Below are positions 13,102 to 23,737 of a stretch of DNA of 35,843 nucleotides, one piece after another. The position numbers were made by a program, and so were the translations under genes. The DNA is from Perkinsus olseni (Eukaryota): positions 1-35,843 of the forward strand of contig JABANN010000356.1 of NCBI GenBank assembly GCA_013115125.1, written 5' to 3'. A model generated the notes under the pieces. The model was given only the letters and a program-made list of their open reading frames with translations. It was not told the DNA's origin and did no database searches. Position 1 is the first letter of the stretch. Every line of letters begins with the position of its first letter.

Positions 13102-13325
13102 AGAACCCGAGGGGAGGTACCCGAACCATCAAGTTCGCCAAGGCGAGCGGAGTTGGATGTACGAATCTGAAACGGGAATATCTATTCCATCGTAGAGAAA
13201 TGCGGAACGATTTCTTGTGGGGGAAACCTCTAGCTGTGGTCTGATGTGATTACGCCTTCTAGCCGCGCGCCCCGGGCGCGCTGCGCGCCCAACCTCAGCG
13301 TTTATGGGTTTCCGCACGTGGAACA

Positions 13326-13516
13326 TTCAATTTCCAGGTGGGAGTTCGCCCCCGTTGGCCCCTCGTATGTTCAATTTCGTCACGCTGGAACTCTCAATTT
13401 CGCAATTGGGAAGCTCAAATTCACGTTCGAATCTTCAATTTTCGTGGCTGGTCCTCGGCACTTCTAATTTCGCGGCTCTGGGGAATTCAACTTCGTAAAT
13501 CGAATGTTCGACTTCG
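13326..13516. repeat. Array of eight TTCAATTTCG-like motifs with ~22-bp periodicity
   Basis: Copies start at 13326, 13370, 13393, 13414, 13434, 13462, 13486 and 13507. Confidence 0.8.
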
Positions 13517-14302
13517 ATTGTCCGTAGCAGTTTTTTGCACTTCACTCTCCAATGAACACGAAAAGATACCGGATGGGCGAAACTTCGGTCATGTTATAAT
13601 GTCATGATGTGGTGTCTGGGGAGGCTGATCGACCATTCTCTCTTTTCATCGAGAAAAACGGTTTTTAGATTCTTTTTGTCGGTCGTCAGTTAATATACAG
13701 TGATCTGGCGCTTTCTCCCATGGATTTGTCCCCGTTCGGTAGCCGGAAAATCCCCGTCCGGACTGCAGAAAAGTCCATGGGAGATTGTGCGAACTCGCCC
13801 TGGGCGAGCAACACTTGCTTGGCTGCAACTACTCCTTGCATTACTCCATTGCCGAGTGTAGCTAGTCATGTGCTCAGGCTCGATGGCCGTGCATATGCAC
13901 CTCGAAACATAACAGAGAGTGGTCAGCAACTTTAGCCCGCTCTTTGACACCGCCAACGAAGCTGTTGATTGGCCGCTGCCACTGCCGTCGCCGCGGTGTG
14001 CAGTATATGGAAGAACTATTTGATGATCCAACTTGTAGCATGTTCGCTCAACGGTCGAATGGAATGGTCATCTCATACAGCAAGGCTGTGATATGATTTC
14101 GTTTACTTAGCACAGGGTCGAATCCTAAATGAATAGAAATGATAGTTATGTTGTCGTCTACAACACGACACTGTCGTGACAAGACATCAGAACATCGTTG
14201 TTGTGACAGCTCGGCATCACACAAACATAACAACATGATATACTGGGAAAGTCTGAGTGAGAATCAGCTGTCTTCACCGGCTCACTATGCACGTATTCCA
14301 TG

Positions 14303-15054
14303 TTAACTCAGCCTCTTCACAGCCTTCTCGAAGAACTTCTTCTTCGTGTACTTTGTAAACCAATCCTTTCCGAATCTCTCGTATCCAGGGGGTGGGTTGG
14401 CCTCGATGTAGTTGAACAAAGACCAGCATTTCGACTCGTCTATACGCTCCTTCAGTCTTTTCATTATTTCATCCACCAAGTGAGCGAAAGGATTATGCTC
14501 TCGATAGTTCTTTTCGATTTCATCTCGAGCCCCTTCGACCAGTGCCCCCTTCGAGTGTTCCCATCCTTTCAAGTATTTCAGTTGTGCTCTCCCGTCTTCG
14601 CCCACCCTGAAAAGGCTGTCCGATGCATCACGTCGGACCCTAACCGAGTGCGGTAGCAGAACGGCATTTCCCATCACGGCTGGTGTCACCAGTAGTTCAC
14701 TATCCTGCGTCCGCTCTCAGTGATTTCAAGTGAGATACTGTACCTCCGTCGTGAGTTCTGCTCAAGTGAAGCGAATCGTGTGGTCCGTAGTATCTCTGGC
14801 AGCTCTTACTGTCGAATTGGACCTGGGAGGATTTGTGAAAGATTTGAAGAAATGATGCTTTGATGGTACGTCATCTCCCGGGCTGGCGGGAACTCCATGG
14901 ATCGTCAACAGCACGGGAAGGGCCGTCCGCCTGAAGAAGCGCACGTTGTACGGCAGAACTCTCTTAAGCATACCTGAGGCCGGCTTGACTGGATAGCCGT
15001 CACCGAAGTTAAGGCCGGGAGTAGCAAGAGAAGAGAGTGGGCAGCAGGAGCCAT
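14303..15054 (-). pseudogene. Secreted-protein paralogue B with two frameshifts
   Basis: Same 4-exon layout: 14974-15054 (signal peptide MAPAAHSLLLLLPALTSVTAIQSS), 14870-14930, 14690-14822, 14303-14606. Exon 2 is 61 nt (+1, giving TGA at 14871-14873). Exon 3 is 133 nt (-1, near 14741-14746). Homology to paralogue A switches frame at that point. Confidence 0.78.
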
Positions 15055-15449
15055 TATAATACAGACTGAGAATTGCGTGGCCTGAGCCTGCTTCAAGCGA
15101 GCGGGTGGAAGAAGTGGATTCGAGCGGGAGTTGTTCGCTCGTCATCATGATCGACGACCTCCTCGCAGTACTAATGAGGAGATGAGGGCTCACCTCGAAG
15201 GAGACCTCCGTTCGCTGAAGGAAGCGCTTTGAAGATTTTAAGGCATCGCCTTCAATACTTCCTGAAATCTACTGAACACCTTCAGAGTCCTGGAACACTT
15301 CCCGGGGTTTATTTTGGGGTCAGCTCTCTGAGCGCGATTTCGGTCTCCACCATTCTGTTATGTATTTTGACATTCAGAATAGATTTCTGAACCCCCCCCC
15401 CGGCGTGGTTGTCACCCCAGCGGGCCGTTGGTGGTATCACTAACTCCCG

Positions 15450-18400
15450 TGGTCGGACCGAGTGTGGAGTGGGAGCGGAGGCTGCATTGATAGTCATTGG
15501 TCACTCGGTTCTACCATCGGTTCTCACGAAGGAATTCTTCGCAATCATCATCATGCAATAGCAGAGACATGGAGCAATCCTCTTGCTACTGGATGACATC
15601 ATGTGACGATTGTTATTATTATCATTATAATCGCTCCTCTTCATATGCGGTCCGGGTCCGTAGACAGGTTTCAGGCGACTGCGGCGGTCTACACGGGGCT
15701 TAGGCGGCTATCGTTATCCGCACTCTCCTTGCGCCAAGGGTGATAGACGTTTTACTTGCGACTCGAATGGTCTATCATTGCAGACATATGTCGATGCGCT
15801 CCAGCTCGAAAGAAGCCTCCCGACCCAGTGCTCGTCGGGGTGCTCCAGGCAAATCCTTTCTCAATTTGTTTCTCCGACATGGATGGTGTCTTCTGCAGCA
15901 TAGTGCTATGACGGCTACGATGGGGAGTGTTGTGTTGAGTACGAACAACTCACGCGTTTTTACCGATTCACCTGTATTGGGGGTCGCTGGGGTTGTTATT
16001 GGCAGTGTTATTGAGATTGATGGGTAAGGTCCGTCCTCAGAAGAAGATATCGGCGGCCACTAGTGCCCCTTACCAGGGTAATGCACCAGCAGTGGAGAAA
16101 GGAGATGATGATGCTAGGATGGAGATAGAGGCTACCCATGGTAGTTGGAACAGGGGTTAAATCAACAGGGGTTCAGAGAGCGGTAACCACGAGTCGTACA
16201 TCCGTTCTCCTCGTTATCACTATGATAGCATTACGAGATGGCGTTGCATAGAATGGTAGCTCTCCTGCAATGTCACCGCTGTTGGTGTTGCTGCTGTGCC
16301 TTAACTACTCCTCTCAGTACCCCAGAGTGGTGACGATGTAGTGTCACACCTGCTGGATCGCAAGACCAGTGATGTAACGGTGATTGGCTTGGCTAACTTC
16401 CTTTCGACCCCGACCAAAAGGGGATACCGTCTACTAGCATCTACTAACTTGCTGGTGCTCATGCTTCCGAGATTGGGAGTGGACGAGAGTCGGTAATAGT
16501 AAAGGGGGAACGGGAGAGGTCAGCGCGCTTTGCCGCGTATCTTATGTTGAAGCCTGCCGTTGACAGTCGCGTATGATATTAAATACCACGCATACCACGC
16601 GCCGCATCAATGCCTGTGGAGTTAACTTATCGTAGACTCGTCGCGATTCAATCGCCTGCTCCGCTACTGAGGTTGTGTAGCAGTTCGGAACCTCCATACC
16701 ACAACTTCCCGTAATCTCAGGCTACAGTCGGCTCCGGTAAGGCAGGCGGTGCTCAGCGTCTACACCTCGGCAGTATCTTGGGCTCAAGAGAAGCTTTTGC
16801 GGAATCTTATTAAGAAGCATGCCCTGATCGATACGGTATCGGAAATGGCGCTCGTAGTAGACCGGTGACTGAGCGTATTTTAGGTCATGTCGACCTTGAG
16901 GGAAGATATGCGTATCTTATCCGATCCAACCTCTGCTCCTGCGAAAAGCAAGAAGGGAAAGAAGTCCAACCAGCGGCAAATTGACAGGGAGGGCCGCATC
17001 GAGATTGTAGAGGCAGAGTGGGAGCTGTTGGGGGTAGTAGGGGTGCTGGGGCGACCTAGGCGACGATCATCAGATCGACACTTCCCGATGATAGACGCTG
17101 CCTGCGTCACGCTGGTGTTGTTTGAATCTCCTACACCGTTGCTGAGTACTAAGCGGATTTCGAGAGAGGATTGTGGCGAAGAGAGCACGCGTGAGTTGTA
17201 CTTGAGGAGCAGTATTTGGTTCAGGGTCTGGTCCGGTTATGTGCACCCCCATTACAGCCTGTCTTGCCGCCAGAGGTTATTGACCTAGCCCTGCAGACCG
17301 CCCTGTCTAAAGGATGCGACCTTTCGGTGAGTCCTTTCTCCCTCCTAGCGGCCGCTAGTGAAGATGAGTACCCCTGTACCGCCTGACAGTAGTACCATCA
17401 TGCCGTGCTGTGAGGGCTCACTGTATCGGAATCGCCTTCCGTAGTTGTTGGTTTGTATCGGATATTGAGAAGGTGCCCTTATTGTAGGTGAGAGTGGCGG
17501 CAGGCAACATGCTATCGAGAGTGGCAATGGAGGAGATGTGCTCAGGTGAGACTCGTCTACCGCCGCGATTTAGTCGGTGTTTCGCTCCTCGTTGACGAGT
17601 GGTCTTCGCGACCAGTCCTGCTTCCGTCAGATTGCTGTCTAGCTCCTATGACTCCTCGAATTGCTGATGTGGAGAAGGCGATACAAGATGCTGAGGACCC
17701 CCTTCTAGCGGCCGAGCTCATGTCCGGTAGGGTTACGCTGTCGGGGTCGGGCGGATATATTAGTCCTCAGCGCTTTGTCGTGGATACCATATGGATCTGT
17801 TTGCCCCGGAGAAGGGAGGGAAGGAGAGGGCGGAACGAGTTGTCGAGGAGATACATCGTGTGGTAGGTTGTGGATCAGGCGAGAGGTTAACGGAGGGGGT
17901 GGTAGGGTGGACTGAGAATGGGTTCCGGATCATCATCACGGCGAACCCGAACTCTGAGATTAGTCGCGTAGACGGTACACTAATCTGCTTGCTTTATACA
18001 TATGCGATAAGGACGAATATCTCTCGATAGTAATATATCCAGCCAGTGATGATATCCCTCACAGCAATTGATAGTCTCTAAGGGAAATGCGCACCTGAAT
18101 CATATCATGTAGATCTAATATCAATGATATTTATACTTATGATTGTACCTGTCATCGCACTCGGTTCACCAAACCCAGCGGGGGATCGGCAGTGTAGTGG
18201 CTGACTTGAGATTAACCATCTATGCTCGGCATTCTTGTGGTGACCTTTCCCAGTAGACCGCAGATCGCTCCTACGCTTCTCAGCGTCCAAGGCTTGCTGT
18301 TCAGGTGAGCTCTGCTGGAAGCCATCTCGTCGACGGCTTCATTGATGTTGTCCACACTGTGGCTTCGATCCAACCTGTAATACTGTATACTTCGCATGGG

Positions 18401-20800
18401 GGTGGCTAACGGAATTGCTGGGTGAATGGTGTTTAGAAAGGCCCACCTAAGGGATCCGCGGCGGACTCCTCGCCACCCCCGGCAGATCCTTCGAAGCAGA
18501 GAGCAGCACAGAACACGCTAGACCAGTGGAGGAGGGCTGTTAGACGTGAGTGTGATGGAATGTTCTGCTTGGGAATTCGCGAAGACCTGAGGTTAAACTC
18601 AACACTTGTGTTCCTCTGATTTCGTTGTTTGTTTTTCCGTCGTCAGCAGCCGCTCTCTACCTTATAGTGACTTCTCTCTTGTCTCAGTTGTACAAACGTC
18701 CGTCTCGACGCTGTCCTTCATAGCATCGGCTGTAGTGGAGAAGTAGCAGGTGGAAGATGCCGAATGGTTGCCTATCACCCTCTTCCTTTCAGTGGCCGAT
18801 CGTCCAGCGACAACGCGCCCATGTCCGAGAGTGGCATGTCCTCGTCATCCTTGCCAACGCCGTTTATGTTCTCTGGCCGGGCGGAGGCTTACACGACCGT
18901 TTTGGCAGCTGCTATGAGCACTTTGGCTGAGGTGAAGGGGGGCACTCGTATGGTGTTATGTAAATGTGATTGCGACGGCATATCGCCGGTCGGCATGTTC
19001 TCCTACGTTTTGATGCTTTTCTGTATTCGGCGAAACGAGTTCGATTATGGTAGCCTCTAGATGGCGTACCGAGGTTCTCAACTTCGCGATCCGTTGCTCG
19101 CATGACGGATGATCGTCGAGAATAGATTGGCATCTAAATGTGGGCGTGGATGCCCCGGTGGAAGGCTGGGTGTCTCTCGGTGGCGCTGTCTTAAGTGCTC
19201 TTTCAGTTGTGCGGTTGCCTATCGAAAGCTCTGGATGAGGCATTGGTGGTTCGAGTACGCGGTGAGATGTGAGTAGACGGGCGGAGGTCTCCAGTGGAGT
19301 TATCACTGCGCTGTCGTTCGGCGTATGCGTCCGGCTCAACGGTTGTTCTGACTATCGACCACGGACGCGACATGGCTCCGCATAGCAGTAGCCATGCCTC
19401 GCGACTATTGGGATGAGCTGTGGATGAGTTCTTCCGTCCAACGCCGCCTTTAGTCGGATAATGTTCGCTCTCATACTTGTCCACGTCATCGCTCAGGCCG
19501 GTGGAGATGTTATCGGACTTAGCCTCCTTGTGGTCGCTGCACGCTAATGCCCTTGAAGGGTGTAGGGAGATTGTTGTGGTAGAGAATGCTGTGGATGAGG
19601 CTGGGGTAAGTTACCCATTCGACAGTGGCTATCTTGGCCGGTGCCAGTCGGCGGACCGGCCCTTGTTGTGAGTGTGAGTCGCAAAAGTATTGCGCTATGA
19701 CCGCGTCCAAGGCTTGCGGAGGTTGTGGGTTTGGCAGGTCTCGTCCCTGTGCCATCATTGCTCATCTACCCTGGATACAGCCTTGCCGTTGTTCTCCAAG
19801 CTGGACTGGGGTCGGGAACGTTCGTATGGATCGGCGATTGGAGAGCTCCTGCAGGCACTCTATCAGTCATTGGTCTTGGCGAGTAGGTGGGCGGTGGTGG
19901 TGATAACGGCAGTAGTAGTCGTGAAAGTCCCCTGGACGGCTCCTCATTGGACTGTGCGACCGTTTCTGAAAGCCATGAGCGTGTCGAGGGCTTTGGCGTG
20001 TGGGCCTCAAGGGGTACTATCATATGATACTACTCGTATCCTCTAGGTACGAGGGGGTGCTGTTCCATGGGTGATGAGTCGGAGGCGTTGGTGGGGCGGT
20101 CGGTGCAGATGACCGCCTTGAGGCCGCCTTTGTCGGAGGATATGGTCCAAGCACAGGTGACGCGGTCGAAGTGCTCATTGCCCCGTGACTGCCCGACTAG
20201 GTTGCTTGTATTGGTTGGCTCGGTCGCTGCCATGGCGATGCTGTTGATGTATGCGAGGGCCTGCTGCACCTCGTCAAGCTACATGCAGGGGAGAAAGGTG
20301 AGAACCAGGGAGGTATGTTAGCACTCTGGGATGCAGCGAGGTCGAGGATTGTATGTGAACCTGAGCTTCTTCGCTGAGACGTTCCTCTAGCCGGAGGCTT
20401 TTATCGTGGCGGTTTCTCGAGTGGCCTTTCTGTTATTAAGAGCGTTCGCTACCGGCTCCGATGAAGCATGGTAATTGCTGTTTAGGTGCGTTCTCGCGCC
20501 GAGTTCTGGTCGCCGCGTTCGAGGCCATCTTCGAGGTCTTCGGGGCCGACGATAACCCAGCGGCGGACAGGGTAGTAGCTTGGTGGCATTGGTTCAGTGA
20601 GGGGTACCTGCAACTGTCAGGCCCTTCGAGGGTGTGCTGATCCGGGATGGGAAGAGCTGCTTGAGGCGGGCGTTCGAAGGTTGAAGCGAGAAGCACAGAA
20701 CTGCGATGAAGAGGAGGTCGAGGGCGCTGCTGTGAACGGGGAGGCCTTCATAGAGTAGGGAAAGGAGTGGTATGATAAGCACTCATTAGGACCGCATGGA
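15450..20800 (-). CDS. One or more multi-exon low-complexity hypothetical genes; structure unresolved
   Basis: Numerous minus-strand polypyrimidine-AG / GT-bounded open segments, e.g. RLEERLSEEAQ|LDEVQQALAYINSIAM, CEQRIAKLRTSVRHLEATIIEL, LDRSHSVDNINEAVDEMASSR. No family motif recognised. Confidence 0.3.
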
Positions 20801-21079
20801 CTGAAGTGCACTAGGATAGCGCAAGGTTTTACTCGAGCATGTTGGTGATTGAGGGAGCGCATCAGGCATCTATCTTCGGAGAGGCATGTTCTCAGGTACA
20901 AGAGGGGGGAGCTGTGCCATAGTTGATTCTTAAGCTACTTTACCAACGTTAATAAGCGAGTTAAAACTGACGATCAACCGTTGAGGTGTTGTTAATTTCT
21001 TAAGCATCGGTGGCGTTTGCGGTGGACTAGTAATGAGGGCCATGGGCGATGATGATGGCGATGATGCTCGATCTCTCAC

Positions 21080-21555
21080 CTAGCCCGAGCTGCTTTGTCG
21101 TAGGCCTCGGGTGAAGCTGCATTACGACGTAGGTTGGGCGGCTTAGCTCACAGGATCACCGCATCACAGTTTTGGTTCGGCGAAGAGCCTTCATTGCTCC
21201 TCTCAATCCTGAACGCAAGGCGCAGGCGAACCTACTGCTTGCACACTAAGAGTGCTAGTGGTGCTGTACTACACCACCGTGGTTCGGCCTGCTGGGAATC
21301 TCACGAGGCCTGGGAATAACTTTGGGAAGAGATGGTAGAAAGTGGGCAATTGGGCAGCAGGCCAAAGACCCAGCCAGTATGCAGAGTGTTTCCTTCCGTT
21401 CTCCCCGTTGCCACCACGGGAGATCTTCGAGTGCCTCTGCCCAAAACTTATCATATCGTATTGAAGTCCTGCAATGACAGCGCTACCACACTCGAAAGAC
21501 GAAGGTTCAAGCCTACTCTAGCGATACGGTCGATAGCGAGGATTGGTGAAATCAT
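21080..21555 (-). CDS. Small basic hypothetical protein (~100 aa, 4-5 exons)
   Basis: Possible splicing MISPILAIDR|LQYDMISFGQRHSKISRGGNGENGRKHSAYWLGLWPAAQLPTFYHLFPKLFPGL|YSTTSTLR|LRGAMKALRRTKTVMR|FTRGLRQSSSG*. Head-to-head with the gene at 21723. Confidence 0.45.
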
Positions 21556-21722
21556 ATCGGAGCATGAATCATGGTCTGGTTGAAGTCAATCGCTAGCGAG
21601 CTCTCTGGTCTATCCTCTCCGTGGTTTTCTGACCTCGTTTCGGCTGAACGGAGCCGGCGGGAGTTTTGTTAAACACAATTTAGCCACATTCCCTCTCACT
21701 CGTCGTGTGAGATTGTTTGCTA

Positions 21723-23497
21723 ATGTCCTCCTCCTCATCATCGCTGGGCAGTGGGTGTCGAATGGCCCAGCCGTCATTAACAAGTCCGGCTCTACTGCAT
21801 CCCCTCAGCAACGAGGATGTCTATAGATTGCATGCTAGGATTGGGGAGTTGACTATGGAAAATGAAGCATTGAGGAGGCAGATTGAACAGAACCGTTCAG
21901 AGGAGGTGACGAAGGTTATTGGGCGTGCAGTTCACTCGTGGCCAGTGCTAACGATGAGACCGATTGTGGATCGATCGGCTGATCGATATATAGTTGTAGA
22001 CGATTGAAATTTCCCGTATCGCCCTGTCAAACCGGGATCGGACTCCGATAGTCGGAGTTTCGGCGGCGAAAGGGAAGAGCAGCTGACTATAACGAGGGAA
22101 TGCAACATGCAGCAAAAAACGAGGCCACTATGCCACGTGGCGAGTGAACGGTGGTCGAACTATCGCAACAGCGACGAGGAACTACTGCTGCTGTCTCCAA
22201 CCCTGCTGCTGCCGCGTGGCATAGCGACCTCATTATTGCATGATGAACTTTTCCTCTCACGGACTGTACTATGTTCTTATCTTTCATCCCAGTGCTCTAG
22301 GCAGTAGAGGGGGATGTTCCTGAGAGAAAACTGCGCCCTCCCTTCTCGAGTGATAGTGCACCATGATGACGCCTCATTTGTTACGCCTGTTCGAACCCTG
22401 TGTGGAATGATGCTCTCTGCGCTACTCAGGCCCACCACCGGTTACCAGGATCGATCCTGTCATCGCCCGCTATAGCAGACCAGGCTCGACTGCTCCTTTC
22501 GTTGGCTGAGAGCGTCAGGAGCGGAGTCCCCCCAGTGGTGGAGGCTGGCGAGTTGGGGGAGGCAATAGCAGCGTTATGGAGCGCTATCAAGGGAAGGATA
22601 CGATTAGCGCAGGAGTTTGGGTACGACCCAGCCAACTGCTCCGGCGAGGCCTCCTGCAGGTACCGAGCTGCTGCACCGCCGGCAACAGCTCTATCGCCGC
22701 TACCGGAATCGGCCGTAGTGAGGGCTAGAACCAGGAAGCCATTACAGACAGTGGTGGAAGGAAGCGAGAGGGTTGAGGAGGCTGAGAGCACAACAAGAGG
22801 GGACGACCTGAGCGAGGATATAGTGAGGCTGAAGGACATCCGGGAAGGGTGGGTAGCGTTGTGTATCGCTCCGCTGTTCATCAGGGTTTTTAGTTTGGGG
22901 AATATCCTTGATGGCACCACAGAGCAGATCAACAGCCGGGCAGGTGCCGAGGTGAAGCCCCCGGCGACAAGTCTGTCCAGTCCTATTTTGAAGTCCCGAC
23001 TGCATCTGAGACAGTCATTACATCATCCACCTCCGGCAACACCAGCTAGCTCAGCGCGGAAGAGGTGGGCGCAGCTCTGGAAGCATCTGAAGGTCCAAGG
23101 TTCGAACCCTTGAGCAGTAGTTACGTTCAGGTTGTCAAAACTGCCCAGCCCTTCACCGATAAGAGGGTATCCTGCGCACGCGCAAGATTCTCAGCATTCC
23201 TTCCAGCTGGACCGTTCATCCTGTGCGTCCCCTCTATGGTCTCGCCGAAACGGTGACAGCTCACTGTTTGACATTTCCGAATCGACTCACTATATTTTCC
23301 GGGATAATATCCCCGCGACGACAGGCAGCATGAGTGGCCCAAAGCAGTGTCGTGAGCCACTGAGGCAAGATGCTCTCGGAACCATCACGGCGCTCGAGTC
23401 GGCCTTTGGCAAGCAGGGTGATGATGAGAATACTGCTGCTAATGCAGAGGTCGTATCGTCTGAGTATATAGTGACTAGGAGGCGATTCAGCATGTAA
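21723..23497 (+). CDS. Hypothetical protein with N-terminal coiled coil, multi-exon
   Basis: First exon contains LHARIGELTMENEALRRQIEQ. Long open exon block at 22430-23091. Last exon ends ...TRRRFSM* at 23497. Internal junctions only partly resolved. Confidence 0.6.
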
Positions 23498-23737
23498 CTT
23501 TTTGATGGTGTACTATGCTACTGTACACTTGCGTTTCTTACATCGGCCTCGTCGTGTTGACCTCACTTGTCATTCCCGGGAAGGAAGGCTTTGGGGTATC
23601 CAGAGGTGCGCCGACCGTCGTGCAAACAACTAGCTTCAATCTCGGATACTCAGTCAGCAGCGACATCATCCGCGGGATATTTTATAAACTTCAAAATCCC
23701 TATCACGATGAGCCGGCCAAGCAATTTGTTATCGTAG

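Noticed and set aside
13265-13290. A-A'-A palindrome as another excision scar
   Set aside because: Central bases are not the complements of the flanking bases, and GC-only sequence makes palindromes cheap
13326-13516. CRISPR-like array
   Set aside because: Repeats are only ~10 bp and degenerate, spacers ~12 bp, eukaryotic context, no cas genes
14164-14186. 7-bp-arm palindrome with 1-nt spacer as an excision scar
   Set aside because: Right-hand TSD copy does not match; about two 7-bp-arm palindromes are expected by chance
14690-14930. Programmed ribosomal frameshifting in paralogue B
   Set aside because: Nuclear spliced gene whose intact paralogue needs none; no slippery site or stimulatory structure seen
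16768-16788. Relict dinoflagellate/perkinsid spliced-leader-like sequence (..ATCTTGGGCTCAAG)
   Set aside because: Needs two gaps and three mismatches, has no GT donor or SL-RNA body; compatible with chance
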